A stretch of DNA of 64,000 nucleotides from Fidelibacterota bacterium (GTDB taxonomy: Bacteria > Fidelibacterota > Marinisomatia > SCGC-AAA003-L08 > D37C17). The notes beneath the pieces were generated by a model. The model worked only from the letters and a program-made list of their open reading frames with translations, was not told the origin of the DNA and did no database searches. Shown one piece after another: positions 29,115 to 40,243 of the stretch. Location of the stretch: the NCBI GenBank assembly GCA_030748955.1, contig JASMKZ010000002.1, positions 10,953 to 74,952 on the forward strand, written 5' to 3'. Every line of letters starts with the position of its first letter. The stretch's first letter is position 1. The position numbers were made by a program, and so were the translations under genes.

Positions 29115-29768
29115 TTAAATTTTACCTGTCATCCGGTCGACCTCATCCTGATAATGATTCATATAGTCTGACAAGAGTTTTATCTCTTCTTCATTATTTT
29201 CTGGTGGAATATCAATTTGTAATAGTGGCGCAACCAATATATCAATACGGCCGAAGGGTTTGGGAAGCATGAATTTATCCCAAGATTTCATTTGCCAATA
29301 TTTAGTTGCTGAACCGGTGATAGTAATCATATTCACATCGTATTTTATAGCCAGTCCCGTACTTCCGGCTTTAGCAATTTTGGGAGGTCCTTTAGGTCCA
29401 TCATTGGTTACTGCTACAATTCCACCATTTTTAAAAACATCTGCCATTTTTTGTACTACCGCTTTGCCACCTTTCCTGGTGCTCCCTCGGATAAGACTAT
29501 ACCCCCAATGTCTTAGAATGCGAGCCATTATTTCTGCATCTGAATGACGGCTGGCAATGGCATGCAGATTGGTCATTTTCAATCGAATATACCAACTTGG
29601 AAATAAGAGTCTGCCATGCCAAACACAAATCATTATGGGTTTACCTGCTTTGGCTAATTGTAAAAGGTTATCTTCTCCATGAATTTTCACCTTATTCAAC
29701 AAGAAGAGGAGTTGAAAAACACAACGACCAATAAATGAGAGTACTTTCATTTTAAATTGATCTTTCAA
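29115..29768 (-). CDS. DUF374 lysophospholipid acyltransferase family (LpxJ-like)
   Basis: CVWHGR, S.H.DAE, RGST, DGPKGP motifs; located between lpxB and lpxK. Confidence 0.85.
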   Translation of the reverse strand: MKDQFKMKVLSFIGRCVFQLLFLLNKVKIHGEDNLLQLAKAGKPIMICVWHGRLLFPSWYIRLKMTNLHAIASRHSDAEIMARILRHWGYSLIRGSTRKGGKAVVQKMADVFKNGGIVAVTNDGPKGPPKIAKAGSTGLAIKYDVNMITITGSATKYWQMKSWDKFMLPKPFGRIDILVAPLLQIDIPPENNEEEIKLLSDYMNHYQDEVDRMTGKI

Positions 29769-29769
29769 T

Positions 29770-30915
29770 TTATTTAACCAATTCCAATATTTTAATTGCG
29801 GCTCTTTTTGAAGCCCCCTCCCCTTTTAATTTGTTTTGAATTAGGTTTAAATCTTCTTTCATTTTTTGAAGTATCTCAGAATTATTGAGTATAGATAAGG
29901 CTGTTGAAGATAATTTCTCTACCGTTGCATTTTCCTGAAGTAATTCAGGCATAATTTCTTCTTCTGCTAAGATATTAACCATACCTGCAAACGGGACATT
30001 TACCAATATTTTTGACAACCACCATGACAGGGTTGCCATTTTATAAGTGACAATCATAGGGGTACCAAATACTGTTGCCTCCACCGTTGAAGTTCCTGAT
30101 GCAACAAATACAAGGTCACCACATTCCAATGCTTTTTGTGGATATTTTGATTCCACTTGAATCCAGTCAGGAAGATCCCATTGAGCCCAGTCAATTTGAG
30201 AGGCCGCTCCTAAAATGACTTGTAATGAGGGGATTTCATCCTTCATTTTTTTTGTCGCTTGCAACAATATGGGTAAATGTCTTTTCACTTCCTGCAAACG
30301 ACTTCCAGGATATAAAACTAATACCTGTTTTTCATGATTTAGATTTAATAATCCACATAACTCCTCTTTAGTTGAAGGCGTCCATTCATCAAAAATTGGA
30401 TGCCCAACAAATACAGCCTTAACTCCTCTTTCCTTATACCATTGTTCTTCAAATGGGAAAATCACCAGCATTTGATCAATATGTTTTTTGATGATATTAA
30501 TTCGTTTTTCTTTCCATGCCCATAGCTGTGGGCTGACATAATAAGTTATGGGAATATCAAATTTATTTTTGATTTTTTTTGCCAATCTTAAATTAAATCC
30601 CGGATAGTCAATAAGAATAATTTGATTGGGCTTCTCCTTTTCTATTTCAGATAAAACTTCTTCTGTTAATTTTCTAAAAAAACCTAAATGGCGAATGACT
30701 TCAACAAATCCCATTACCGCCAATTTTTCAATATCTTCAATGGAGTTAAGTCCGGCATTTGTCATCTTTTTTCCACCAATTCCTTTGAATTCTATTTCAG
30801 GGTTTTGCGCAAGCATCGCTTTCATTAGCAAAGCGCCGTGGCTATCAGCAGATTGTTCTCCAGCAATAATAAAATAGGTTGGTGGGGGTGTATTATAAAT
30901 GGAATTGGTTGCCAA
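29770..30915 (-). CDS. lpxB: Lipid-A-disaccharide synthase
   Basis: AGE.SAD, IDYPGFN, YVSPQLWAW, FVGHP, PGSR..E, SGT.T.E. Confidence 0.97.
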   Translation of the reverse strand: MATNSIYNTPPPTYFIIAGEQSADSHGALLMKAMLAQNPEIEFKGIGGKKMTNAGLNSIEDIEKLAVMGFVEVIRHLGFFRKLTEEVLSEIEKEKPNQIILIDYPGFNLRLAKKIKNKFDIPITYYVSPQLWAWKEKRINIIKKHIDQMLVIFPFEEQWYKERGVKAVFVGHPIFDEWTPSTKEELCGLLNLNHEKQVLVLYPGSRLQEVKRHLPILLQATKKMKDEIPSLQVILGAASQIDWAQWDLPDWIQVESKYPQKALECGDLVFVASGTSTVEATVFGTPMIVTYKMATLSWWLSKILVNVPFAGMVNILAEEEIMPELLQENATVEKLSSTALSILNNSEILQKMKEDLNLIQNKLKGEGASKRAAIKILELVK

Positions 30916-31885
30916 TTATTTTCTGAATTTCAAGTGCCAATGCTAAAGCCTTTGCGGCACTTTCACCGTCGGCTTCAGGCTTTTGAACATTTGTAATAGA
31001 ATTCGTGAAATGAGTAAGTTCTTCCTTCAGGGCATCCTGTTTAGGAACGTGTGGTTTTCGATATAAAACATATCTTTGTTCCGGCCCTCCTAACTCAACG
31101 ACCTTTTCAGTCTCATTTGATTTTGGAGGATTAGTACATATTTTATATTCCTCCAAAACTCTATTTTGAAAATCTATTGTGATATATTCTTCATTTTGAA
31201 ATAGTCGCATTTTACGCATTATTTTTTGTGAAATTCGGCTGGCCGTTACATTGGCAATACATCCATTTTCAAATTCAATTCGCGCATTTGCTATATCTAC
31301 GGAGGATGAAACTACTTTTACACCATTTGCTCGAATATCTCTAATTTCTGAAGCAACTAAGGAAAGAATAATATCTAAATCATGGATCATTAGGTCTAAA
31401 ATTACAGGGACATCATTCCCTCGTGGATTAAATTCTGCTAAACGATGTGCTTCTATAAATAGAGGTTGAATATGTAAATTTTTAAGAACTGTAAACGCAG
31501 GATTAAAGCGTTCTATATGTCCAACCTGGATGATTTTATTTAATTTTTCTGCCTTGTTCAAAAGCAGGCCAGCATGCTCAATATTATCTGTAATAGGTTT
31601 TTCGATAAAAAGATGACAGTCTTTATCCAAAGCGAGGTTCGCAATTTCAAAATGATAGGGCGTCGGTGTAACAATTGAAACAGCATCACTTATTCTTAAT
31701 AATTTTTCAAGAGATGAAAACGACTTAACATCATATTGGCCGCTTATTTCATCAGCACGTATTGGATTATTATCATATATCCCGGAAATTGAAATTCCGG
31801 ATATTTCCTTCAATTGCTTTACGTGGAAATTTCCTAAATGACCTACGCCGATAACTCCAATTCGAATAGTATTGCCTTTTTTCAC
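30893..31885 (-). CDS. Gfo/Idh/MocA oxidoreductase (GnnA-like UDP-GlcNAc 3-dehydrogenase)
   Basis: GVIGVGHLG, EKP, QVGHIERFNP, DLMIHDLD; overlaps the lpxB start. Confidence 0.8.
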   Translation of the reverse strand: MKKGNTIRIGVIGVGHLGNFHVKQLKEISGISISGIYDNNPIRADEISGQYDVKSFSSLEKLLRISDAVSIVTPTPYHFEIANLALDKDCHLFIEKPITDNIEHAGLLLNKAEKLNKIIQVGHIERFNPAFTVLKNLHIQPLFIEAHRLAEFNPRGNDVPVILDLMIHDLDIILSLVASEIRDIRANGVKVVSSSVDIANARIEFENGCIANVTASRISQKIMRKMRLFQNEEYITIDFQNRVLEEYKICTNPPKSNETEKVVELGGPEQRYVLYRKPHVPKQDALKEELTHFTNSITNVQKPEADGESAAKALALALEIQKIIGNQFHL

Positions 31886-32021
31886 CTGAAAATTTACACT
31901 ATACTGTTCAATGACAAAAAGAATCCCTTTTATTTGATTTAATTATCCTAATGCTTGCTATATTCCTGAGATAGTCGGAAATTAAGTACTTGGAAAACAG
32001 TTTGATTTTACAAATTACCAA

Positions 32022-32510
32022 ATGAATCAGAATTTGAAAAAAATAGCCCGTGGGCTAATTCTCGTTATTGGGTTGCTCCTGTTTTTTTCTTCCCTATTAA
32101 ATAATCATTTAAATCTTTCCCTAATATATCTTGCGAGCACATTAATTATCTGGGTCCTTTATGGGCTTATTTTGGATGATTTTGACGTGCGTATTTTTGC
32201 CTGGGTGATTTCAGCTACGGGATTCTTGTTAGCTATTTCTGTTTTTGTTCTCTATGGTGTTGAGGAAGTACCTCATCCCGTTGGAGCAATTGTCTTTCAT
32301 GCCGGAGGAATAGCTGGCGCTTTAGGAATGGGACTGTTCTCTCTGTTTCCTTTACTAGTCATCCATCAATTAAGTTCTATAAAAACTCCTTTATCGGAAA
32401 CGAATAAATTGAATGAAAATGACACAGCCCCGGAACCTGAACTTGAAAGTGATGATTGGGAAATGGCCACAGAAGAAGAACTGAAGTCCGGTGAATGGGA
32501 AAATACATAA
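32022..32510 (+). CDS. Four-TM membrane protein with acidic C-terminal tail
   Basis: 162 aa, hydrophobic segments then EPELESDDWEMATEEE. Confidence 0.7.
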   Translation: MNQNLKKIARGLILVIGLLLFFSSLLNNHLNLSLIYLASTLIIWVLYGLILDDFDVRIFAWVISATGFLLAISVFVLYGVEEVPHPVGAIVFHAGGIAGALGMGLFSLFPLLVIHQLSSIKTPLSETNKLNENDTAPEPELESDDWEMATEEELKSGEWENT

Positions 32511-32515
32511 CTAAA

Positions 32516-33652
32516 TCAGATACAAGCAAAAATATTTTTTATAAGTTCCTTGCCATTTTCTTTATTGGAAAATTTTTGATTAAGCAAATTTTTTCGTAAT
32601 TCCAACACCTCATCTTTTACGGGTTCGGTAAAAGATTTCACAACAGAATATTTCATTTCTTCTACAGTATCTGCAATAATGCAGCAATTTTTTAATTCAG
32701 AATCTGTTATCATATTTGAATTTATAATTACAGTTCCTTTTGTAAAAAGTACATGTATCAATTTTAATTTTATCCCCGTTGATTGAAAGGTGGGTAGAAT
32801 ATGTATTTTTGCCTGAGAAATAAGTCTTTCCATTTGTTCAATTGATGGGGAATCAATTAAACTAATATTTGAATAACATTTAATTAAGTTTTTAATTCTC
32901 TTGTTGGGATTGCTCCCTGCTATAAAAAAAGGAAAATTCAAATTGGAAAAAACTTCCCTAATTAAGAAACATGCGGCATTTTCATTTTCTGGCACACTAA
33001 GATTTCCATGATAAAGTGCAAATTCTTCTAATTTTGTTGAATAATGTTTTGTAAATCCATGAAAAATTGGAGTGTAAACTACATTTTTATGTTTTCTTGC
33101 GAAATAGGTAAAATCTGTTTCAGATATTGCACTAATTAAATTGAAATTACATAGTTTTTCTTCGTAAACCTCCAACTTCGAAGATTCCAATTTTAAATAC
33201 CATTTTTTCAATATGTTTAATTCAACTTTGGAAAGTTCTCGATAGTAATCATGCTCTATGTTGTGGGCGCGGAGAATTTTAATTCGGTCTTTAAGTCTTG
33301 AGTTTTCTGCCCAATAAGTAGAATGTAGACCTTCAAATAAAATAGGAGCATCGTTTTTTAATAGATTTTCTAATAATTCTGAAGAAAATCTGGTATCAAC
33401 TATATATGGTTTATGAGAAAAATGGCGAATAATATTCCTTTTTCGAGGATAGTAGAAAGTCTCTACACATATTTCTTCCAATCTTTTTGAATCACTGCGA
33501 CCGTATTGAAAACAGTGGAGATATATTTTAATTCCCAGATTATTTAATGTTTCTAGCTTATAATAAATATCAATGGCGCCACCATAATCCGGCGGACATG
33601 GCACATCAAAAGAAACTATATTTAATTCAGGATTAGAGCCAATCTTTCTCAT
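32516..33652 (-). CDS. Glycosyltransferase (GT-B, GT4-like)
   Basis: VSFDVPCPPDYGG..D, FEGLH, HNIEHDYY, TGIKLKL. Confidence 0.8.
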   Translation of the reverse strand: MRKIGSNPELNIVSFDVPCPPDYGGAIDIYYKLETLNNLGIKIYLHCFQYGRSDSKRLEEICVETFYYPRKRNIIRHFSHKPYIVDTRFSSELLENLLKNDAPILFEGLHSTYWAENSRLKDRIKILRAHNIEHDYYRELSKVELNILKKWYLKLESSKLEVYEEKLCNFNLISAISETDFTYFARKHKNVVYTPIFHGFTKHYSTKLEEFALYHGNLSVPENENAACFLIREVFSNLNFPFFIAGSNPNKRIKNLIKCYSNISLIDSPSIEQMERLISQAKIHILPTFQSTGIKLKLIHVLFTKGTVIINSNMITDSELKNCCIIADTVEEMKYSVVKSFTEPVKDEVLELRKNLLNQKFSNKENGKELIKNIFACI

Positions 33653-34718
33653 GGTAAAGCTCGTATAATTTTTCTGCTGTATAGGTTAAATCGTGTTTAT
33701 TTATTACCCACTCTCTCGCCTTTTTTTTATGTTTCAATATTTTTGTAGAATTACCTATTAGATTCTTCAGTGAATTTAATAAATTTTCTCCCGTTACATT
33801 TATAAAGGGATGATCAGGGATAAAATCCACATACTCAGGAACCAATTCAGTTACACAACACAGTCCCATCGATAATGCTTCAATAGAATTCATACCATAT
33901 CCCCAGCCACCACGATTATGAATTTGGTCGATTAAAATATCGCATGACTGTTTAATTTTTTGGGTTGCGGCATGCGGCATATTTTCAATTAACACAAATT
34001 CTACATTTTCTCTTTCAGCTAATTTTTCACAGATGGGTATTATCGTTTCACTACCCTTATAATAACGATTTGTTGGACTATGACATATTTTAATCGTCTT
34101 ATTTGTTTTGAAAGAGGGTTGGTATAATTTTGTATCAAAAGGCAAAAATAGATATTGAATGTCTGGATGTTTTTTTAATAAATCCAGTTCACTAGTCAAA
34201 TTTAATTGACTCAAAGAATTCATTTGGGGGATAACACCCCGTGTTCGCATATCTTGCCCATGATAAGTGCACACAATTGGCTTTCCTAGTTTTGCAATTC
34301 TCTTGGCAAAATGGCAGTTTCGATATAAGTCCAGTCCCCAATCAAAATGATAAATATCATAATCCATTAAACCATATTTTTCTATAGCCGGCTCAATATA
34401 AAAATGCCAAACCCAATCTCTGAACTGAAAATAGAGTTTCTCAAAACGTGTATTTGGATGCCAAGTTGGTGGATAACCATCTTTTTCTTTATAGTTACCC
34501 AGTTCTCCATGAAACATCTGATAGTAGCGATGTCGCCCATTCAAATACCAAGAACTCGTATTAACCAGTGGCAGATTCAGACAAATGCCTGGGTCATATT
34601 TATGTTTTGATTTGTAAAGGGTGACAAATGTGCATTCATTCCCCAGCTCTTCATGGGCTCTTTTCCAGAGAGATAATGTTCCAACCGTATTTTCTGGTGA
34701 GATGTAAAGTATTTTCAT
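33633..34718 (-). CDS. Glycosyltransferase (GT-B)
   Basis: YHGQD.R, HSPTNRYYKG, DILIDQI..GYGMNSIEALSMG. Confidence 0.8.
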   Translation of the reverse strand: MKILYISPENTVGTLSLWKRAHEELGNECTFVTLYKSKHKYDPGICLNLPLVNTSSWYLNGRHRYYQMFHGELGNYKEKDGYPPTWHPNTRFEKLYFQFRDWVWHFYIEPAIEKYGLMDYDIYHFDWGLDLYRNCHFAKRIAKLGKPIVCTYHGQDMRTRGVIPQMNSLSQLNLTSELDLLKKHPDIQYLFLPFDTKLYQPSFKTNKTIKICHSPTNRYYKGSETIIPICEKLAERENVEFVLIENMPHAATQKIKQSCDILIDQIHNRGGWGYGMNSIEALSMGLCCVTELVPEYVDFIPDHPFINVTGENLLNSLKNLIGNSTKILKHKKKAREWVINKHDLTYTAEKLYELYHEKDWL

Positions 34719-36100
34719 AAATTTATTTTGTTTTTCAGAAATAATTTTATTTTGTCCAAATTATTTTTTGCAAACAAATGAAAAGACATTTTTTTTATTT
34801 CGCCTCTATCTGGTGGATTCCAGGTTTTTATAGTTTCAACATATCTCTGTACATTATTTACAAACCTCACCCCTTTATGATTGGAAAAAATTTCAGAAAA
34901 ATAAGCATCCGATAAGTTATTTAAATTGATAAAAATATTGGGGACTCCCATATAAATTGATTCTGCTGCAAAAGTTGAAAATACCGTAGAGTGAAAATCA
35001 CAGAATTGACAGCTTTGGTATAAATTGATATTGGGCTTAACTAATAAATTTTCCGGCATAGCATTTAATTTAATAAAATCTTGTCCTCTACGGGGTACCA
35101 AAATGAAAACGGTATCAGAAAGTTCTTTAGCAACCTCCAATATAAATAAAATCAGATCCTGTTCTATTAATTTCTGTGATGAAATTAAAATAACCCTTTT
35201 GAAAGTTCTCCGAAGCGAAGAAATCATTTTTTCAGGATGGGAATTATTGTTTTTACTCAAAAGATTTTCCAAATAAAAATTACCAATAGGAATAACTTTT
35301 TCACTGGAAAGAAAATAAGGAGAGACTAAAGATTTTTCTAATTCACCAAAGCTGAGCAAATAATCTGGAAATGAATGGTTGCCCATTTTTTTTTGCGGCA
35401 TATAGGCTGTTTGTGCCTTGGATATAATACCATGTTGAAGTTCTGCAGTTATTATATTATTTTTTTTTGCAGAATAAATCAAGGCTTGGTGTTTAAGTGA
35501 AAAAAAACAATTTATAAAAATAACTTTTGGATTGGTTTGCTTTATCCAGTGGTGGAATACTTCAGCATATTGAAAAAATTGATTCACCAATTTCTTGTAA
35601 GGAATATATAAACTAATTTCTCTTTCAATTTCATCCAAGATATGACTATTTTCAATTTTGATTTTTTTCATTTTGAATTTGGCAGAAAACACAAAGTTGT
35701 AAATACTCAAAAATTCTGAATGGAAGTACTCCGATACTGATTTGTGTTTTTCTCCTAATGGATCTAAAACAACAAGAATTTGGTCTTTTAATATTGGTAA
35801 AATATTATGAGCAAGTTTATCACTCATTAATCCATGTATAGGTCTTTCTTCTAGAACATCAGTAAATAAAACCGCAGGATAGTGCTGGCTTCTGTTTTTT
35901 TTCTCCCAGAGGATGTTGAACATTGTGTGTGTAATATTGGGAATCCTGTTCGGGTTTTTACTATCTTTAGAAAAATACATTTTATGCAGTTTGTCTGCAT
36001 AAATATTCCGCAGGAATTGCCAGACTGGTAAGCCTTCTGCAATGATCATTTCTATGGGATATTTTTTTTCTACCTTATTTATAACAGAATATACCTGCAT
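34715..36100 (-). CDS. Putative polysaccharide biosynthesis glycosyltransferase
   Basis: ELQHG motif, PDYLLSFG, STFAAE..Y.G.P; adjacent to the flippase. Confidence 0.6.
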   Translation of the reverse strand: MQVYSVINKVEKKYPIEMIIAEGLPVWQFLRNIYADKLHKMYFSKDSKNPNRIPNITHTMFNILWEKKNRSQHYPAVLFTDVLEERPIHGLMSDKLAHNILPILKDQILVVLDPLGEKHKSVSEYFHSEFLSIYNFVFSAKFKMKKIKIENSHILDEIEREISLYIPYKKLVNQFFQYAEVFHHWIKQTNPKVIFINCFFSLKHQALIYSAKKNNIITAELQHGIISKAQTAYMPQKKMGNHSFPDYLLSFGELEKSLVSPYFLSSEKVIPIGNFYLENLLSKNNNSHPEKMISSLRRTFKRVILISSQKLIEQDLILFILEVAKELSDTVFILVPRRGQDFIKLNAMPENLLVKPNINLYQSCQFCDFHSTVFSTFAAESIYMGVPNIFINLNNLSDAYFSEIFSNHKGVRFVNNVQRYVETIKTWNPPDRGEIKKMSFHLFAKNNLDKIKLFLKNKINL

Positions 36101-36107
36101 TAGAAAT

Positions 36108-37529
36108 TCAGTTGTTAAGAACTGTCTGGAATTGATTGACTCTTACCACATCTGTTATTATCAGGATTATTGGATATGAAAAACTCAATATTATTTTCAT
36201 ATATAAATCAAGGTGAAAATTGAAATGTATAAAAAATATTAATCCTGTGGTAAAAGTTATTAAACCTATTTTATTCCAATTATAAGGAATTGAAAATATT
36301 TTTAGGTTAATGAGATAAAGAATAAGCGCCATTAATATAAATGAAATACATGTTGCGCCCGCTGCTCCCACTATTCCGTATTTTGGAATAAATAAAAAAT
36401 TGAGAATAATATTGGAAACTGCTCCAAGACCTCTAATCCATGCTATCAACCCCGACTTTTCCAATAAATAAACTCCTGGTAGTTGAAGCAGATAAATTGC
36501 ATGAAAAATATAAGCCAAGGCAATAATAGAAACAATTTGGGTTGATGCCCAATATTGATCGCCAAAAAATGTAGAATCTCCAAACGGTAATTTCACCATA
36601 GCATCTGTCCAAATGAGTATTAAAATCCATAAAAAACCAAGTACTGATAAAACATAGGTTGTCACGTTGGCAACATATTTTCTTTCATTTTTTTTCTTTT
36701 TTAGAAAATATGGCTGCCATGCCATATTAAATCCCATGACAACGAGCATCATCAACATTCCAAGTTTGTAGCCCGCATTATAAAGCCCTACGGTTTCAAT
36801 GTTGGTAAGATAACGCAAAATATAACGATCGGATAATTCAAGTATCATTGAAAAAATACCTGCTGGGAGAAAAGGAAGGCCAAATTTCATCATTCGCTTC
36901 CACTGTTTTATAGATAGGGATGTAATTGAAATTCGTTTGATGATAATTGGAAGTGTGATAAAAAATATACATCCGGATGTTATCAGGTTGCTTATTAATA
37001 CTCCGGAAATACCAAGCTTCAAGTAAATCACAAACAGAATATTTAAACCAAGAGTTAATAAAACATTAATAAAACTAACAATGGTATAGAATACCGGTTT
37101 CCCCTCTGCTCGCAGTAGTAATACATGCATGGACCATAATACATCAAAAAACAGAATTCCAGCTACCATTAGTGCAATTGAGGGGAGGGGGTTTCCAAAT
37201 AATAGTCCAGATATATTACTCCTGAAAAATACTAATAATAAGACAAATGCAATTGTAGTTAATAAAAAGGATGTATATGCATTGGTTAATATAGACCTTC
37301 TTTCCTCAATATCGGCTGGTACATAATGCTTCAGGAGTGATGCGTCTAGCCCATAATGTAGAATGACATTCATAAACCCTAAGAAGGTATAAACTAGGGA
37401 AATGATTCCGTAATCCGATAGTGAAAATAAATTTGTATAAATGGGTAAAAGCAGAAAGGTTACGCCTCTAGCTGCAACATGTCCAGCCCCATATATCAAG
37501 GATTCTTTTCCGAGAGATTTTACTGACAT
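36108..37529 (-). CDS. Wzx-type polysaccharide flippase
   Basis: Multi-TM; 'FLLLPIYT..S.SDYG', 'FGLP..P' motifs. Confidence 0.9.
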   Translation of the reverse strand: MSVKSLGKESLIYGAGHVAARGVTFLLLPIYTNLFSLSDYGIISLVYTFLGFMNVILHYGLDASLLKHYVPADIEERRSILTNAYTSFLLTTIAFVLLLVFFRSNISGLLFGNPLPSIALMVAGILFFDVLWSMHVLLLRAEGKPVFYTIVSFINVLLTLGLNILFVIYLKLGISGVLISNLITSGCIFFITLPIIIKRISITSLSIKQWKRMMKFGLPFLPAGIFSMILELSDRYILRYLTNIETVGLYNAGYKLGMLMMLVVMGFNMAWQPYFLKKKKNERKYVANVTTYVLSVLGFLWILILIWTDAMVKLPFGDSTFFGDQYWASTQIVSIIALAYIFHAIYLLQLPGVYLLEKSGLIAWIRGLGAVSNIILNFLFIPKYGIVGAAGATCISFILMALILYLINLKIFSIPYNWNKIGLITFTTGLIFFIHFNFHLDLYMKIILSFSYPIILIITDVVRVNQFQTVLNN

Positions 37530-38500
37530 TAAGAAATATTCAGCTCAATTGTATCTCTAAAAACACCACTGGCTCCAAAATTTTCTTTAAAGCGTGCTAA
37601 GCCCATATTTGGGATTTCATTTACGGTGAAAATACCAAAGTCAAATGCTTTAAATTGCTGTTGAATTGCCCACTCAAAAATCTTATAAAAGAGAAGGTTT
37701 ATTGGACGTAATTCTTGATACTGTTTTTTATGACTTACGTAAAATGCCAAAACAATTCTACCGTTTATAACAAAATTGATGACGCCTGCAATCATTTCAT
37801 TTTTCAAATATGCACCAAACAAAATAATTCTATCCGGAAATAATTTTTTCAAATATAATAACTCTAATAACGAATGCGTAGGAGAGACATTATGCCGAAT
37901 GCTTAAATTCTTTTCAAGTATTTTATAAAAGTTTTCATATTCATCTGTTTGTTTGATTATTACATCAGATTTTTCTGCTTTTCGGATTGCAGTCCTATGG
38001 GTTGATTTGAATTTTACCAAATTTTCCTTTACAGAGCGTTCCAAAAATAAAATGCTTGAAACCTCTCTTCGTAAATAATGATATCCTGCTTTTCTAAAAG
38101 CAAAATCCATATATTGAGAAATACGTCTGCTGTAAATAAGTGGAGGTTGTGTAATTCTAATTTTACAAAAATTATTTTCTACACAATAACTTGACAATTT
38201 TTCTACAATTCCCAGTGCATCTGCAAATGATAGCTCGATTGGTACTGCGCATGAACCAACCGATGTCCCGGGATGAGATGCTAATATATTTTTTCCATCT
38301 TCAACAATTAGTGCTGCTGGCAATACACTAATTACTTTTTCTTTTTTTTTAAATATCAGACTATGATCATGAAATTTGTGTTCAGAATGATACCCTAAAA
38401 AGCGTCGGGTATGAAACATGGTTCCATTATTAGACTTATTAACAAAGTCATCCCAGTCCTTAGTGTCTTTAGCTGTAAATTTTCTTACGGTTATTTTCAT
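37529..38500 (-). CDS. GNAT/FemAB-like acyltransferase
   Basis: WDDFV..SNNGTMFH, R.AIRKAEK, FDFG...GL..FKE.FGA. Confidence 0.85.
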   Translation of the reverse strand: MKITVRKFTAKDTKDWDDFVNKSNNGTMFHTRRFLGYHSEHKFHDHSLIFKKKEKVISVLPAALIVEDGKNILASHPGTSVGSCAVPIELSFADALGIVEKLSSYCVENNFCKIRITQPPLIYSRRISQYMDFAFRKAGYHYLRREVSSILFLERSVKENLVKFKSTHRTAIRKAEKSDVIIKQTDEYENFYKILEKNLSIRHNVSPTHSLLELLYLKKLFPDRIILFGAYLKNEMIAGVINFVINGRIVLAFYVSHKKQYQELRPINLLFYKIFEWAIQQQFKAFDFGIFTVNEIPNMGLARFKENFGASGVFRDTIELNIS

Positions 38501-38593
38501 TGATTTTTAAATAATTGAAATAAATTCCCTATTTCTGATTCAGGAAGTTGGGATAAATTAAATTAAATCATTAGTAAGGGATTATTAAAATAT

Positions 38594-39874
38594 ATGAGTC
38601 AAATTCGTAATATTCATGCCAGACAAATACTGGATTCCAGAGGAAATCCCACTTTGGAAGTAGATATTTACCTCGGTGATAATAGTTTCGGGAGAGCAGC
38701 AGTTCCCAGTGGTGCCTCAACGGGTGAGCATGAAGCAGTAGAGCTTAGGGATAATAATACAGTCTATTGTGGAAAATCTGTCAACCAAGCTGTTGAAAAT
38801 GTAAACCAGATAATTGCTGGGAAACTGGTTGGAATGGATGCATTCGATATTACATCAATAGATGCTACAATGCTTACTTTAGATGGCACTGAGAATAAAA
38901 GCCGTCTGGGAGCAAATGCCATTTTAGGGGTTTCAATGGCAACTGTTCACGCTGCTGCCGTTTCAAGCGGTACAAATTTATTTGAGTATCTTCACGATGG
39001 AGCTGATTATGTTCTGCCAACTCCTATGATGAATATTCTTAATGGTGGCAGTCATGCAGACAATAATGTAGATATACAAGAATTCATGATTTTCCCCGTT
39101 GGTGCAAATTCATTTTCTCATGCGCTACAAATGGGTGTAGAAATTTTTCATCAACTGAAGTCCGTTCTTAAAAAAAGTGGGCTTAATACCAATGTAGGCG
39201 ATGAGGGTGGGTTCGCACCTGATTTAAAATCCAATACTGAAGCCATTGAATTATTGATGGAGGCTGTGGAAAAAACAGGCTATAAAAATGGAACAGAAGT
39301 TGCCATTGCGCTTGATGTTGCATCCAGTGAAATATTTAATTCAAAGACAAATAAATATGAACTGGCATCTGAAAATAGATATCTCACGTCAGAAGAAATG
39401 ATTGAATATTATGTCAACCTTTGCAATCAATACCCCATCATATCTATCGAGGATGGATTAGATGAAAATGATTGGGGTGGTTGGAGGTTATTGTATACGG
39501 CTCTGGGTGAAAAAGTACAATTAGTGGGGGATGATTTAACAGTGACTAATCCAAAAAGATTACAACGCGCTATTGATGAAAAATCCATGAATGCAATTTT
39601 AATTAAGCTAAACCAAATTGGTACCGTGAGTGAAACTTTGCAAACTATCAAAATGGCAAAAGTTGCTGGAATGGCTTCTGTGATTTCACACCGTTCTGGA
39701 GAAACAGAAGATACTACCATTGCTGATTTTGCTGTAGCTACTGGTGTAGGGCAAATTAAAACAGGATCCATTTGCAGAACAGATAGAGTAGCCAAATACA
39801 ATCAATTGCTTCGAATTGAAGAAACTTTAAACGGAAACAGTCGATATGCAGGGAGATCATTGTTGGGATGTTGA
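38594..39874 (+). CDS. eno: Enolase
   Basis: [38 protein letters not shown]. Confidence 0.98.
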   Translation: MSQIRNIHARQILDSRGNPTLEVDIYLGDNSFGRAAVPSGASTGEHEAVELRDNNTVYCGKSVNQAVENVNQIIAGKLVGMDAFDITSIDATMLTLDGTENKSRLGANAILGVSMATVHAAAVSSGTNLFEYLHDGADYVLPTPMMNILNGGSHADNNVDIQEFMIFPVGANSFSHALQMGVEIFHQLKSVLKKSGLNTNVGDEGGFAPDLKSNTEAIELLMEAVEKTGYKNGTEVAIALDVASSEIFNSKTNKYELASENRYLTSEEMIEYYVNLCNQYPIISIEDGLDENDWGGWRLLYTALGEKVQLVGDDLTVTNPKRLQRAIDEKSMNAILIKLNQIGTVSETLQTIKMAKVAGMASVISHRSGETEDTTIADFAVATGVGQIKTGSICRTDRVAKYNQLLRIEETLNGNSRYAGRSLLGC

Positions 39875-40188
39875 GAAAGAGGGTATCAACTAATAAATCA
39901 ATATTCCCGAATAGAATGATGTTTTTCCCTCTAATATTTATTATTGGAGGATTGTTCTTAATTTCCAATGATATGGGGGCTATTCGATGGTACCAACTAA
40001 GAAAGGAGCGCAACCAAATTCGGGCAGAGATTGATCTGTATATACAAAATGAAGTTGAATTAGCTCAAGAATTAGACAAATTAACTAACGATGCAGAATA
40101 TATTAAAAAAATTGCACAAGAAAAATTTCATATGGTAAAACCTGGAGAAAAAGTGTTCCGTGTAATTGATAGAAAAAAAACTAATTAA
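39868..40188 (+). CDS. ftsB: Septum formation initiator FtsB/DivIC
   Basis: TM segment, coiled coil, '[17 protein letters not shown]'; downstream of eno. Confidence 0.85.
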   Translation: MLRKRVSTNKSIFPNRMMFFPLIFIIGGLFLISNDMGAIRWYQLRKERNQIRAEIDLYIQNEVELAQELDKLTNDAEYIKKIAQEKFHMVKPGEKVFRVIDRKKTN

Positions 40189-40243
40189 GAGGTGTATATT
40201 ATGTAACAAATAATCAATAATTTTTTAGTTTGTCCTTAACAAT

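Noticed and set aside
38336-38350. Poly-T tract in the FemAB-like gene as a phase-variation site
   Set aside because: Frame is intact (KKKEK); such runs are common in AT-rich DNA
39427-40013. Antisense ORFs over eno/ftsB
   Set aside because: Overlap well-supported housekeeping genes with no independent evidence
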